Shown here piece by piece: positions 1 through 14,015 of a stretch of DNA of 64,000 nt. The stretch is from positions 111,724,001 to 111,788,000 of the forward strand of contig OX597820.1 of assembly GCA_951406725.2 (NCBI GenBank), read 5' to 3'. A program made the position numbers and the translations under genes. Below the pieces are notes generated by a model. That model saw only the letters and a list, made by a program, of their open reading frames with translations. It did not search any database and was not told the DNA's origin. The stretch comes from Octopus vulgaris. Its lineage: Eukaryota. Each line of letters starts with the position of its first letter. Position 1 is the first letter of the stretch.

Positions 1-53
1 TACTTAAAAAGAGATTTAATTTACTATTTTCTTTTTGTTTTCAAATTTAACAG

Positions 54-251
54 ATGAACCAGTCTATATACCAGATATTCTCATTAAACTCGGGTCACAT
101 AATTCTTGTGTATGAGAATGGTTCTATTGAACTTCTTACCAGTTCAGAATCTTTTAAAGGACAGCTTTCTGCCAATGATAAGTTGAAATGGTGCTGGGCT
201 GGTTCAAATGACCAGGAACTATTTCTTTTTCTTGTAACAGAAAACCAATCA
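54..251 (+). CDS. NOL11: NOL11 internal coding exon A (first in window, phase 0 to 0)
   Basis: Pyrimidine tract then ..taacag| acceptor; donor CA|gtaagt at 252. Encodes MNQSIYQIFSLNSGHIILVYENGSIELL...LVTENQS and is phase-compatible with the next exon. Confidence 0.85.
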
Positions 252-676
252 GTAAGTATATGTACTTTGTGCTTGATATGCACTGTCATTCTATAGATCA
301 AATGAATGGGAAGGGGATTTGGTTTGAAGAGATACAGTTCTTTGTGCCAAGAAAACCATTACTAATGCCATCGTCTTCATGTGTTTTGAGTTTGGTCCCA
401 CTGCATGTCATCTTGGGCAAGTGCTTTCTACTCTAGCTTCAAGCTGACCAATGCTTGCATGTATTGCATAGTGTTTATTGAGGCAAATTTTCTGTGGCCA
501 GATGCCCTTCCTGTCACAAGCCCTCACTTGTTTTCAAGCAAGGTAATATTTCTCCACTTCCCCAGCCAGACATGTTCCTATACAATATTGGAAATGAATG
601 ATTCTGATTGTGTGTCAGTGATACTCATGTACTGCCATCATGCAAAGTCAAGACAAAGACACGCACACACGCGCAT

Positions 677-710
<34 letters not shown>

Positions 711-1649
711 ACTGGAAGAACTCAGCCCAAAACCATGTGGGGAAACAGAATTGCTAAACACACAGCCAAACCTGCATGTGTGCATGCACACGCACACACA
801 TAGATTGATGGACAAGCTGTCAGACACATTGATTGAATGATTGCTATGGCTATATGTTTAAGAAGTTTGCTTCTCAATCACAAGGTTCAAGATTCAGTTG
901 CTGCATAGTATCTTGAGCAAGTGTCTATACCTTGGGTGGGCACACTTATGCCTTGTGAGTGAATCTGGATAAATGGAAACTGTGTGGAACCCAGATGGAT
1001 GGATTGTTTCTGTGATTCAAAGGTCTAAGCTCATCATATTTGTGTGCCACTGACTCAGTCTGTGAATTGCTTTAAAGGTACATGTGTCTGTGGAAGACTC
1101 AGACATTTAGATGCTAATTCAGTAAGTTTGGTATTTCAGTTAATGAAACAACTAAAAACTCATGATCAGGAATTCTGACCAAGATCATTTTATCATGTGC
1201 TATATTTGTGTTAGTATTTTGTGTGTATGAATGTCTGTTCATCATGTCTTCATTAATATTGTTTGAGAAAAGTCAATGACATTTACATTCTTCAATGAAC
1301 AAAATCCCAGTATTTCAGCTACTTCAAATGCTTCAGTGTAAAAGGGCTTGTGGAATAAAAATACCATACTTGAAAAACAAGTGAGGATTGGCAATAGAAA
1401 AAGCATCCAACCTTTAGAAAAAATTGTCTTTAATAAGTCTTGTCTAACCCATGCCAGCATGGAAAAATAGATGTAAAAGTAATGATTGTATGTGTGTGAA
1501 TTCAATTTTGGTATAAACCTTATGGTTTGCTTTACAAAGCTCATCTGTAGGCATTGGCTAACAAATGCTATCATACAAGATCAATCACATCACTGGATAT
1601 CTAGAATTCCATAATATTCATAGTTTATACAAAAACATGAATAATAGAT

Positions 1650-2530
1650 GCAGGCATGGCTGTGTGCTAAGAAGCTTGCTTCCCAACTACATGGTTCAAT
1701 CCCACTGCATGGTACCTTAGACAAGTCTCTTCTACTATAGCCTCAGGCCAACCGAAGCCTTGTGAGTGAGTTTGGTAGAGGGAAACTGAGAGAAACCTGT
1801 CATATATCTATATATATAATGTGTATATTTAAGTATAATTATAATAAAGGGTGCTGAATTGACAATGCCTGTATACTAGAAATAGATGCCAAATGGACTA
1901 CAAACAACTTACATTATTACTCTGTTACCACAAGGATGTATGTGAGGAAAATGGACAGAAAGGATTTATAAAATATTATGGACAACTCTATATCTTAAGA
2001 TTTCATTGTTTGCAATATTAAAAATGCTTTCCAATCTTCAGCTGGGTAAACCTCTTGTAAATAAACGAGAAATACATATACATACCATAGCTATACAGTC
2101 AAACAAATACAAGTATATACATGCATTTCACACATGTATACAAAGTAAAAGTCCAAACATCCATTTCAGCCAGAATAATTCTGCAGCAAATATGTTTGTG
2201 GAGTGAATGACGCCCTTTATTATGATTATACTTAAATATAAATTAACCAATATGGTGTTGTTAGTATGCTGGCCACTGATAAATCATTAAATAATGACTT
2301 TATCTTAATTATATATATATATATATCTGTCTGTATTTGTCCCGCACCACTGCTTGACAACCAGTGCTGGTGTGTTTACATCCCCATAACTTAGCGGTTT
2401 GGCAAAAGTGACCGCTTAAAAAAAGTAGTAAGTCTTGGATCAATTTGTTCAACTAAAAACCTTTCAAGGCAGTGCCCCAGCATGGCCACAATCACATGAC
2501 TGAAACAAGTAAAAGATAAAAGAATAGAAA
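1650..2530 (+). mobile_element. tRNA-derived SINE (dominant family), interrupted; other copies near 3243-3510, 18085-18380, 28127-29400, 61570-61685
   Basis: Head gcaggcatggctgtgtg..aagaagcttgcttcccaac, core cttctactatagcctc..gccttgtgagtg..ggaaactga, central TA/TG microsatellite, tail gtgccccagcatggcc..gactgaaacaagtaaaaga. Recurs through the window. Boundaries approximate. Confidence 0.8.
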
Positions 2531-3078
2531 ATGTATTGAGCAACACAACTTTAATGCATAACACTATAATTGTTTCAATGTCAATTCACTGAAGTATTAT
2601 ATAAAATATAAATTGGCACATTATTTTGTTGTTCCAGCAGCACTGGTGAATGTCATCTCTTCAGGGGAAACCACAAAAATCATGCATCTCACTAAATATA
2701 TACACCTTCCAATAATACAGTTCTTAGTAATTTACTGTCATACAAACAATAAAAACACCAGAACCATTACAACATAAATCACAAATTTAGCATTGCCCAC
2801 TAGGAATTTTAGGAAAAAGAATAAAGATATAACATGTATGCAATATGTATGTGTGTGTGTATAAGATATATTTATATATATTGTCAGTGTTTTTTTTTTT
2901 TAGATGAAATCAAATTGGTAGCAAGCTAAGTGTAATTATATTTATGTATTATACAGTGTATATATCAAGTTGACTTGTCTATTTGTTATCCTATCAGTTT
3001 GCCTCTCCCCTTCTCTCTCCTTCCTAATGTATGGATACTTCTATAAAAATATCATCACCCATTCTTTTCACTCTACAG

Positions 3079-3223
3079 CAGTGGACCATATGGACTTACC
3101 AATATTCTTTGGAAAATAGCACGTGGCATTCCAACTCAGTAATGCTTCCAGACACAGAGGGCAGTTTACTCACCTGTTGCTGTAGTGTTAACACACAAAA
3201 TAGAGTGACTTTTTACACTTTCT
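3079..3223 (+). CDS. NOL11: NOL11 exon B (phase 0 to 1)
   Basis: ttcttttcactctacag| acceptor, T|gtaagt donor. Encodes QWTIWTYQYSLENSTW...RVTFYTF. Confidence 0.85.
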
Positions 3224-3516
3224 GTAAGTAAACACCTCATGTCAACCAAAATCTTGTGAGTGGTTTTGATAGGCGGAAACTGAAAGAAGCCTGTTGTGTG
3301 TGTATGTCTGTGTGTGTATCTGTATTTGTCCTCCCACCATCACTTGACAACTGATGTTGGTGTATTTACATCCCTGTAACTTAGTAGTTCGACAAAATAG
3401 ACTGACAGAATAAGTACTAGGCTTACAAAGAGTAAGTCCTGGGGTCAATTTCATTGACTAAAAACTCTGGTGCTACAGCATGGCTGTAGTCAAATAACTA
3501 AAACAAATAGAATATA

Positions 3517-5904
3517 CAGTAGTGCCCTGGTGTTTGTTGGGGTTACATTCTTATAGCACCCACAAATAGTGAAAAACAGCGAATATTGGACATGGTCCAT
3601 AAAAATGCCCATAAATGTCAAAATATGTTTTACATATCCTTAGGGGTTAGCCATATTTAAATGGCAAATATACTTCATGATGTGTTGCAGCTACTGTTTA
3701 TACCTCGCTCAGAGATTTATTATATATATATTTAATAATAATTTAATAAAAAATAAAATAAAATATATGGTTACTCATGAATAATGAATGATATTAATTT
3801 AAGACGATGATAATGAAAATAATGAAAGTAATGACTGCAAGGCAAAGATTATTCACAGCTCTTCAGCTGTTTCAGGGGATGTCGTATCTTCGTGCAAGGC
3901 TTTCTTGGTGGGCTTGAGGAGCATCGTGATGGGAAGTTGCTGTTGTTGTTTCTTCATGGTCTGAGGAGAGTTTTATATGTCTGCATGGTGGCATTGATGC
4001 CATTTTTTAATTGGAGAGACTGAACCATATAGGGATACCATGCTTCTGCCTACCCTTGCAATTCCTTTGCTGTCCTTAAAAGGTCAGACAGACATTCAAC
4101 TGCCTGGCCCACCTCATCCTCCTCTGGATCTGGCACTTCCTCCTCTTCTTTTTCAGCAGACTTTGTTAACCCCAACAAATCTTCATCTGTCAGGGTTTCA
4201 GAGTGGGCATCGATGAGGTCGTCAAAACCTTCGCTACCAAATACCTTTGCCAGTTTCACTGCATTGTTGACAGCCACATCAACCTGAATATTTTCAGGTG
4301 AGAAACCCTCGTAGTCCTGGACACACTCTAGCCACACTTTCTTCCAGCATGTGATGAGGGTTTCTTTTTCATGTCTTTAAGAGCAGCTTGGATAACTGAC
4401 AGGCTCATTGCGATTGTGAGGTTATGCCAGTACTTCTTTAACTGAAAATTCTTGTCTTAATCCATTGCATCCACAAAGTGTTGGAGAGATCCAGGTGTAA
4501 AGTGCCTTGAAGGCATGGATCATGCCTTGATCTATAGACTGGATGCGGAATGTGGTCTTGGCAGGAAGGAACTTGACTTGGGCTCCCTCATGACTCAAAT
4601 CCAAACAATGACCACCAGCATTATCCATCACAAGCAACAGCTTGAATTCCATGCATACGTTTTGGAGGTATTCTTTGGCTTGAGGGATGAAGCATTGGTG
4701 AAACCAATTCAAAGTTAAACTTTTGGTAATCCAGACCTTGGGGTTATGCATCCAGTAGACAGGCAGTAGGATTTTATTATTTGTGAAAGCCACACATAAT
4801 TAGCATCACTCTGTCCTTCTGTGCCTTAAATCCTGGGGCTCTGGTTTCGTCTTTCATGATGTGCATTCTGGAAGGCATCTTCTTCCAGAACAAGCCAGCC
4901 TCGTCCATATTGAAAACCTGTTCCAGCTTCTATCCCTTGTCCTTGATGATCTCCCTGAAGGTCACGAGGTACTTCTCATTGGCTTCTTTGTTGGCTGATG
5001 GTGTCTCTCCATGCAGGAAACACTTTATTTTAAACTGTTTCTGGAAACACTCAAACCATCCCTTGCTGGCTTGAAAATCTTCGGGCTCCATTTCCTCTGT
5101 CGAACTGCTTGTATAATTACAGCACTTTCTCACAAATCGTGTTACTGCTCAAGGGGATGTTTTTCTTCTTTCAGTCACTATTCCACAATGCCAAGGCAGA
5201 TTCCATTCTGATGAAGTATTTATTCCTCACTATCGTTATCTTTTTGGCACTTTCACTGAGTTACTGCTGTGGTGATCCTGATCGCCATCTCATTCTTCTT
5301 TATGTAGTATATGGTGCTTTTGTTGACAACATAATAGCGACCTACTGCAGCATACTTTACCTTCCCGGAACATATCCAGCAATGTACCTTCTCATGGAGC
5401 GTCATATTCTTTTTCTGGCACTTAGGTTCACTGCCAGAAGCCTTAGAAGGTGTAGGGTGTTTGGGCGGCATTTTAGGGCTTTAATAACATGCTACAAAAA
5501 ACACAGCACTCAACAAAATACTTGAGGTAGCTACTGGATGCAGTTTTTCCCCAAAAAAGCCTACAAAATCTTCCTTTTGTCTAATATGCACATACCACCA
5601 ATAGCAGACTGAGCAGAGATTAAAAATGATCATGATTTTGAAATATTTAGTTTGTATTACCGCTAGATACTATAATCTATACTTCAATTATAAAAGAGAG
5701 AGGGACCAGCAAGTGACCTAATTTCAATGAGGCTATATTGGCTAACGACCTTAAAAATTATGCTGTTGAACTAAACTATGTGTATGATCAAATGTAGTGA
5801 TGATTTTAAAAAGGCACTGGTATAAAATTAATGTTCAGTCTTGTGTTGTATATATCTTTCATCTGTCATTGCTAGCCCAAGTAATACTGGTACGATACAC
5901 TGTG

Positions 5905-5970
<66 letters not shown>

Positions 5971-6326
5971 TGTGTGTGTATGTGTGAAATATTGATAGAT
6001 GTTGCTATACTAATTAGCAACCTTTGATTGAAAGCAGGAACAAGAGATAGAAGATACAGTGTACTTGTATCTAAAACAATCAAATGATGTGATGCACAGC
6101 TATTCTAATCAGAGGAAGCTTCAACTGTGAAGAAGTGTCTCCAGTAAGCCGGCAAATACAGCATATTGTTATTAATAATTTAACCATAAAAAGTGTAAAA
6201 AAAAAATATATATATATATATATATTGCCACGAAAAAGCCATAAAAAATTGCAGACGATATTAGCGATTCCATGAACAATTATCAGTTCTGTACATGCTG
6301 AACCATGAATAAGCAGGGATACACTG
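3517..6326 (-). mobile_element. Tigger/pogo DNA transposon fossil, frameshifted transposase about 5471 to 3930
   Basis: ORF pieces: CENP-B-type HTH (KKNMTLHEKV, FQASKGWFECF) and DDE_1 (LLVMDNAGGH...IQSIDQGMI). Imperfect ends TA|CAGTAGTGCCCTG and CAGGGATACACTG; the right boundary is uncertain. Confidence 0.85.
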
Positions 6327-6336
6327 TGTGTGTATG

Positions 6337-6367
<31 letters not shown>

Positions 6368-6478
6368 ATAATACTAACATGATAAAAAGAAACATAAAAG
6401 CAAATGAGCACATATGTCTCACCAATCCAATATAAAACTGACGTATTACTATCAACTGATATATTTTCCTTTTGCCAG

Positions 6479-6637
6479 GGTCAACAAAATATGTATTTAG
6501 AACTGACTTGACACTTCAGTCTCTGCTATACACCAAGAAACTTTATTTCCTTAGTTCTGTGTCTGATAAGTCCACATCCATGTTAACATTGGATGCAAAC
6601 CATTTTGCAATTGTTCCTGTGAAAACAGACAATCAAG
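6479..6637 (+). CDS. NOL11: NOL11 exon C (phase 1 to 1)
   Basis: ttttccttttgccag|GG completes a Trp codon; donor CAAG|gtaaat. Encodes WSTKYVFRTDL...LDANHFAIVPVKTDNQ. Confidence 0.88.
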
Positions 6638-6764
6638 GTAAATATTTTTTTTTTTCATTTGTTATATATTCATATGTTATATGCATATATTGTATGTAAA
6701 AGTGCATGTGTTTGGGTACACACAGTTGTTCATTGTTTGTGCTTTATTTGTATCTTGCCCATAC

Positions 6765-7390
6765 AAGTACTAGATGATGTGTATAGTGAGGAGGAGGAAG
6801 AGATGGCAACTTATAACATAAAAGATAGCTGGGAGTTTTTACAAGACAGCCTGTGAGTTAGAGGCTCGTTCTGTGACAGGAGCAAGGTTTCAACCATGGT
6901 AATGAAATGGTGTGGCTGATAGAGCTGTAAAAGCTAAAAGACAGGCCCAAAATGAATAGAAGAAAATGGGATACAAAGAAAAAAAACCCATCAGGTTGAT
7001 AGAAAAGATGTTTGAAGGAGAGGAGCTAAAAGAGGTTTGCTAATGGTGTCTGGTATGAAGTAAAGTGTGTGCTGTATGAATCAGAATAGGTGTGAAGAAA
7101 ATTCTTCCAAATACCCAGAAAATTCCATAGAAGTAATTAAAATTTTCTGTTACCTAGGGGACCAGATTTGTTGTGGAGCAGGGCATTCTGAAAGCAAAGT
7201 AGCTAGAGTAAGAACTGAGTGAAAAATAATTCAGGGAGTTTATTATTTCTGCTGCAACAAACAAATTTTCTCTCCAAATAATGGGCTGAAAGCATGATGC
7301 TAGCAAGACACAGGCACTGAATGCATAGTGTGTGTGAAGGCCAGAGAGAAATGAAGTAAAGATATTTCACTGAATGTATAATGTCAGTAT
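6765..7390 (+). mobile_element. Highly decayed RTE LINE fragment
   Basis: Peptide SWEFLQDSL and a later ttctgttacctaggggacca (YLGDQ-like) match the intact RTE ORF at 34083-36899. Confidence 0.6.
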
Positions 7391-8080
7391 GCATAAAATA
7401 TTCTTCTCAATTTTGGTACAAGGCCAGCAATTTTGAGGGGATGGGGATGTTGATTATATTGACCTCAGTGCTCAATTTGTACATATTTTATTAATCCTGA
7501 AAGGATAAAAGGCAACCTTATAATTAAATACGTATGTCTCACTTGTGATAAAAATAATTAAGAAAATGAACTAAAAATTCAATGAATAATAATAAATAAA
7601 TAAATAAAATCTGTTGTAGGAAATACAACATTATTTTGCTGATGTACCCCTGTGGAACAATTGAATTGTTTATGTCTTCTAGAGAAGCCATTACAATGGT
7701 TTAGACATGTAAAATATAGGGATGGTCATAAATGATATTTGTTGGTGGGTACCAGAGGGACTACTAATGGTAGAAATGTACAAAAGGTGAGTGCCAAAAA
7801 ATGGAAAATAGATAGTACATTGTATAGAAATCACATGAAGGGAGTGATATCAAATCAAATACCAAAAGGTTAAACCTCAAGAATGTGAGGTTATATTAAG
7901 ACTGACAGGCTTTATTGAAAATTCACTGATCACATGCCAGCATGTAAAATGGTTATGAAACCAATGATATGATAGTGAGGATGTTAGTATTTTGTTGTGC
8001 TAGGTAACAGATGAGCTGATTGTTTGTTTATCTTTTTTCAAATTGCTTTAAAATTTTCTTTAATTTCCTCTCTTTGCCAG

Positions 8081-8163
8081 AGGGTGTTGGTATTTTTGAT
8101 GCTCACTTTGGAACAATGACAGCATGGCAGCCAATACCTCACTCAATCTTTTCCCAACCAAAG
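8081..8163 (+). CDS. NOL11: NOL11 exon D (phase 1 to 0)
   Basis: tttcctctctttgccag| acceptor, AAG|gtaaac donor. EGVGIFDAHFGTMTAWQ resembles vertebrate NOL11 ECLSVWNIKFQTLQ (recalled sequence). Confidence 0.9.
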
Positions 8164-8808
8164 GTAAACTGTGATTATTTGTTAGATTCTATATTCCACC
8201 TTCTCTGAGACTGAAAAAATTCCTGTATAATTTAAGTAGAAAACATAGTTGAATGTGATGGTTGGTAAACTTAATATTTCAATTGAATGGTAGAATAATC
8301 TTTTGTTAAAAAGATATAAACAACAGTGTGTCAAAGTTATTTCTTCAGTATCAGATAAAAGAATAAAAAATATACACAAGAGACAACCAAACACTTAACT
8401 GTATGTATATGTATATACACACAGGCATACATGTTAAGTATTATATGCATATAGCATTTATAGATTAATATTTGTAGTGAATGTGACTACTAACCCTTGA
8501 TCATAACTTCAGATCTCACTGCCCTTATTGTGTGTACCTTATTAAGTCATTTAACTCTGCCACACTGTTCCTCACTGAAGTAAGAAATAGGTTTCACTCC
8601 TACTTCACAGCTGAGGTGTGCTACATCTCTAAAAACATATTTACAGTATTTATCCTCATCATAGTTTAACATCCATTTTCCATGCTGGCATGAGTTTGAC
8701 GGTTTGACTGATGTTTGGAGAGCCAGCGGCTTTACTTGACGCAACAGGTCTTCTCTAGCATATCATATCAGCTGACACATCAAGGATATATATATATATA
8801 TATATATA

Positions 8809-8840
<32 letters not shown>

Positions 8841-8876
8841 CACACACACACACACATACATACATGTATATGCACA

Positions 8877-10800
8877 CATCATCGTTTAACATCCACCTTC
8901 CATGCTAGCATGGGTTGGACGATTTGACTGAGTTCTGGCGAACCAGACTCCAATCTAATCTGGCAGAGTTTCTACAGCTGGATGCCCTTCCTAACGCCAA
9001 CCACTCCAAGAGTGTAGTGGGTGCTTTTATGTGCCGCCAGCACGAGGGCCAGTTAAGTGGTACTGGCAATGGCCACACTCAAATGGTGCTTTTTATGTGC
9101 CACCTGCACAGGAGCCAGTCCATCGGCACTGGCAATGACCTCGCTCAAATGTTTTTTTTTTTCACATGCCACCAGCACAAGTGCTATTAAGGTGACGCAG
9201 GTAACGATCATGCTCAAATGGTGTTTTTAACGTGTCCTTGGCATGAAGGCCAGCTTGTTTCTCTGGCAACGATCTCACTCGTATGGTACTCTTAGCACTC
9301 CACTAGCAACGGATGCCAGTCACCGAGTTTGATTTTGATTTCGATTTCACTTGCCTCAACAGGTCTTCGCAATCGAGTTTGATTTCGATTTCATTTGCCT
9401 CAACTGGTCTTCGCAAGCAGAGTTTAGTGTCCAATGAAGGAAAGGCACACATAAGTGGACTGGTTACTCACCTGGCAAAGGCCACAAGGTTATGGCCTCA
9501 CTTGCACTTGCCGAGTCTTCTCAAGCACAGCATATTTCCAGATATACATATGCATACACACACACATATCATCATTATCATCGTTTAAGGTCCGCTTTCC
9601 ATGCTAGCATGGGTTGGACGATTTGACTGATGGATGGCGAACCAGATGGCTGCACCAGGCTTCAATCTTGACCTGGCAGAGTTTCTATAGCTGGATGCCC
9701 TTCCTAATGCCAACCACTCCGAGAGTGAAGTGGGTGCTTTTTCCATGCCACCAGCATGAGGGCCAATCAGCTAGCACTGGCATCGATCAAGCTTGAATGG
9801 TGCTTTTTACATGCCACTAGCATGGGAGCCAGTCAGGTGGTACTGGCACTGACCAGGCTCAAATGGTGCTGTTTACCTTCCCCCGTCTCAGGTGCCAATC
9901 AGGCAACACTGGCATTGGCAACACAACGACTTCACTTGCCTCAACAGGTCTTCGCAAGCGCAGTTTATTGCCCAATGATTGAAGATTACTCTTAAATGGG
10001 TTGGTTGTGCTGTACTGACATAGGCCACGGTTACGGTCTCAGTTGGTTTGTCGGGTCTTCTCAAGCACAGCATATATTCAAAGGTCTTGGTCACTTGTCA
10101 TCGCCTTGGTGAGGCCCAACATTTGAAGGTCATGCTTCACCACCTCATCCCAGGTTCCCTCTACTGCTAGGGTGTGACACATTTTCACACAGCTGTCTTC
10201 ATCCATATGCAACACATGACCATACCAGCACAGTCATCTCTCTTGCACACCACATCTGACGCTTCTTATGTCCAACTTTTCTCTCAGGGCGCTTACACTC
10301 TGTCGTGTATGTACACTGACATTACACATCCAGCGGAGCATACTAGCTTCTTTCCTTGCAAGCTTACACATGTCCTCAGCAGTCATGGCCCATGTTTCAC
10401 TGCCATGTAGCATGGCTGTTCACACACATGCATTATACAGTCTACCTTTTACTCTGAGTTAGAGGCCCTTTGTCACCAGCAGATGTAGGAGCTCTCTCAA
10501 ATTTGTCCAGGCTATTATTCTAGCAGCTACACTCCCAGAGCATCCACCCCTGATACTGACTTGGTCACCTAGGTAACGGAAGCTATCGACTACTTGTAGT
10601 TTTTCCTCCTAAAATGTGACAGAAGCTGTTTTCTATACATTTTCAGTGTTTATTGCCCTTTAGTATTTGCCACACACAAAAACTATCTTCCCAGTTAATC
10701 TTCCTTTGATATTGCTGCACCTCTTGTGTCCATAGCTTACACTTGGTACATCTTACAGAGTTTCTACCTACACCTTTTTACTGATCAAGCAGGTCCATCA
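8877..10800 (-). mobile_element. Two tandem 5'-truncated RTE LINE 3' ends (about 8877-9540 and 9568-10800)
   Basis: Each has the family 3' terminus, seen on + as (CAT)n-cgtttaa..ttccatgctagcatgggttggacg, beside a TA/CA microsatellite. The second extends into the RT thumb and PHD region. Confidence 0.88.
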
Positions 10801-10994
10801 AGCTGAATGTATTTGTTGTTTGTCTGTCTTCATACACACACACAACACACACACATATATATATGAATATATACATATACATACATACATGCATATATTT
10901 TTATATAAAGGTTGTGTAAGATATTTGAGGACAAATTTATGTTCATAAAAAAAAAATCTATGATAACAGATAATAGCTTTATTTATCAAAACAT

Positions 10995-12230
10995 GCTATG
11001 AGGATAAAAATAAACCTTCTTTTCTTTAATGTTATTCAATAAAGCCACCCTCAGCTTCAACAACTGCTTCTATATGAGATCTAAATAATCTACATGCTCA
11101 AATCAAATGGTCCTGGTTCATTTTGGACATCACTCTAACTATTGCCGCTTTCAAAGAATCTTTGGTGCTATGGGCGTGTTCATTGACCGCTCTCTTAACA
11201 ATGTTCCACTTGTAATATTCCAATGGATTGAGATCTGGAGAATTAGGAGGCTAAATGTTAGGAGTTACGTGATCATGAAAATTTTCAGCCATCTATTCCT
11301 CTGCCACTAGAGCCATGTGTAATAGTGCAGAGTTTTACTGAAACACATATGGCCTTCCATTACATACACTGTCTATCCACGGCTTAACAATTATTTCCCG
11401 GATTTCAATATAGATGGCAGAGTTAACTCTAAGGCCTTGCGGTAAGAAGTAAGGAGGCATTACATGTCCTTCATTGCTGACAACTCATGACAGTTGCAGG
11501 AAATTTTGTATGCATAACACTTGGAACTTCAGAAGGGTCTGCACATAACCATCTGTCATTTCTTCTATTAGCTTTTTGATCTTGGTCGAAGTTTTTCTCA
11601 TTAGAGAAAAACCAAATTAAACCTTCTTCTGCTGGATTTTTCAGTTTGTTTAAGAACCTTTTAGATCTGATGTGATTTTCTTTTACTTTTAGTGACAAAC
11701 CAACCTTTCCTCAGATGGTGGAAAGGTTATGTCTTCATGGACAACATTTCTGACTGTTCCTTCTGACACACGGAAATCTTTTGTAATTGTCCTTATGGAC
11801 TTTCTGGGATTATAATCAATGGTCTGTTGAACTTACTGGATAAATTCAAGTGTTCTGATGATTTCAGAGCATTTAGAATGCTTTTTATGCTTTGATACTG
11901 GTGATATGTTTTCATCTTCAGTCTCTAGCTCCTCACAAACTCTGTAGACGAAAGATCTGGCAACTTTTAAAAATCGAGATATTTCACTATGCTCAGCCTT
12001 TATAACCACAATAACAGCATGCTTCTTCCTTTCTTGAGTAAGCTGAGGGTCTGCTATTATTTTCTGAAACAAAGATTGGGATAAAATTAATAAGAAACAA
12101 CTATGCCCTTCTGCACATGTGAACATGTGAAAATATATGCTGATAATTTCAGACACTACAAAGAAAATATTATTTATTCAAACCAGTTCTTATCCAGCAA
12201 GTCTTTGATCAAAGTGTTTTATCCTTTGCA
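10995..12230 (-). mobile_element. Tc1/mariner (maT/DD37D-like) transposon fossil
   Basis: HTH piece SEISRFLKVARSFVYRV and catalytic-region piece WFFSNEKNFDQDQKANRRNDRWL...TKFPATVM. Degenerate inverted ends gaggataaaa and ttttatcct. Confidence 0.8.
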
Positions 12231-12687
12231 TCAGACATTCCGTCTAGGACTTCATTCATTTTACATGTTTTCTATGCTAGCATAGGTTACAAGACATTAT
12301 TGAGGCAATGTGTTAAAGCAAGATGCCCTTCCTGTCACTAACTCTTGTTTTTCAAGTGATCTCTTATGCCATGTAGTTAGATTGGGACTAGAGTTGCAAA
12401 GTACCACAAATATAATGTCCTTTTTTCTTAAGATGATTGAATGTATATGAAGGTTTGGCTGCTATTTTTAGCAGGCCAGGTGACCATATAGAGCCTCCCT
12501 TGTTAACTCAACTTTACTTAGCTTTATTAACTGACAAGGTAATTTGATGGTCAGAGAATTTCTTTACCAAATTACATTTAGACTGTTTCTTTAGTTTCAT
12601 TATATCATTTTTACACAAATTCATGTCTTTTAGAATCTGTATTTTGAATGCTGATTTGAATGTCTGCAACTGTACATTATTTTGCAG

Positions 12688-12867
12688 CTTTTTTCAAGTA
12701 ATGGCCATCTATTCACTGCATGTGATAAAGATTTACTTGCATACTCATATCACTTGGAATCTTCCACTCTATCCAACCTAATGTGCAATACATATCAACT
12801 GGCACACGATCAAAACCTTTTGCGAGTTGTACCAATGCATACCAAGTGGGATGTTCATTCAACATAT
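12688..12867 (+). CDS. NOL11: NOL11 exon E (phase 0 to 0)
   Basis: attttgcag| acceptor, TAT|gtaagt donor. LFSSNGHLFTACDKDLLAYSYHLESSTLSNLM resembles recalled vertebrate LWYYGEHLF...PYKCEVSSLAGAL. Confidence 0.92.
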
Positions 12868-13946
12868 GTAAGTAGATTTCCAGTCACTTTTACTCTTTTT
12901 TATTATTGCTATTATTGTTGGTTCTTTTTAAGGTGGCTCACATAACCACACCTTCATTATGCATTTTGAGTGTTTGCACTTCATAGTGTATATGTGCACA
13001 TAATTGCAGGAATTTGCAATTTTTCACAAATCTTGACTTCAGACTTGGTCCGTGTTGTGAATTCATAGGGTTATACATATTTATACACTAGGTTGAGATT
13101 TCCTTCAACATGAAACCAATGGTAGCCTTCTTAACCCACAAATAAGGAATATTTATCCACCAATGCAGTTTTGTGATGAGCACTTTTTCTCTCTGTTCAG
13201 CATTAACACACACACACTCACAGCAGGTTTCCATACAATTTCCATCTATCATGTCCACAATTCATCTACAAGGCATTGGTTCAGCCAGGGGCTATAGTAT
13301 AAACAAAAGAAAAACACGCAAGGTGCTGTGCAGTGAGTAATCTGAAATTACATGGTTGCAAAGCAAGCTTCTTAATCATGCACCCATGCCTACATCTAAA
13401 CAAGCATCTCCCCAATGGGGAACCAAACCCCAGTCTCCAGCATGGCAGGTAGAGATACTTATTATAGTACTATTGTGTTCTTCATCCATAAGGGATGTTA
13501 TCACTGGACAAATACCACAGTAAATCTGTCTCTCAATGTATTTTCATTAAATGTGATGTAGTAATGGCTATTTTAATTTTAATGCTGCTTCTGTTACATA
13601 TAACTGACGCGTGTGTGCGTTGTGTGTCAGTTTACATTTATGCTTCTGAGAAATATCACACAGCTATGGATGCTATTGCTCTCATTTTCCCTGTCAATGA
13701 GTCAACTGCTGATTTTGCATTTTTGAAGATGTGTGGAATAAAATATCTCTTGTTTGAAAAACCAGCAAGGGTTAGTGACAAGAAGAACATCTGGCTGTAA
13801 AACAATGTCTCAGTATATTCATGTAACTCATACTAGCATAGAAAAACACATAAAGAGAAACGGAATTGAATGATATTTTATTTCTTCTGTATATTATTTC
13901 AGGTCAAGTCATTGCATTATATTTCCTTTTGTTATTCTTCTTCCAG

Positions 13947-14015
13947 TCAGATGAAAAAGTCAGTGATGAAGAAGCAATCCAAAACTTGTTTACAAAATTG
14001 TTTGACTTTCAACAA
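13947..14015 (+). CDS. NOL11: NOL11 exon F (phase 0 to 0)
   Basis: ttcttcttccag| acceptor, CAA|gtaagg donor. Encodes SDEKVSDEEAIQNLFTKLFDFQQ; too short for the ORF track. Confidence 0.78.

Noticed and set aside
54-56. ATG as the NOL11 start codon
   Set aside because: It directly follows a pyrimidine tract and AG acceptor, and the protein appears to lack its N-terminal region, so this is an internal exon.
405-840. ORFs with [12 protein letters not shown] or CVCVCV runs (also 5797, 8715, 37334, 42230, 61123)
   Set aside because: Translations of CA/TA/GT microsatellites and SINE pieces.
13903-13946. Upstream alternative acceptor ttatttcag for exon F
   Set aside because: Adds 44 nt and shifts the frame; the 13947 site has a better tract and keeps phase.
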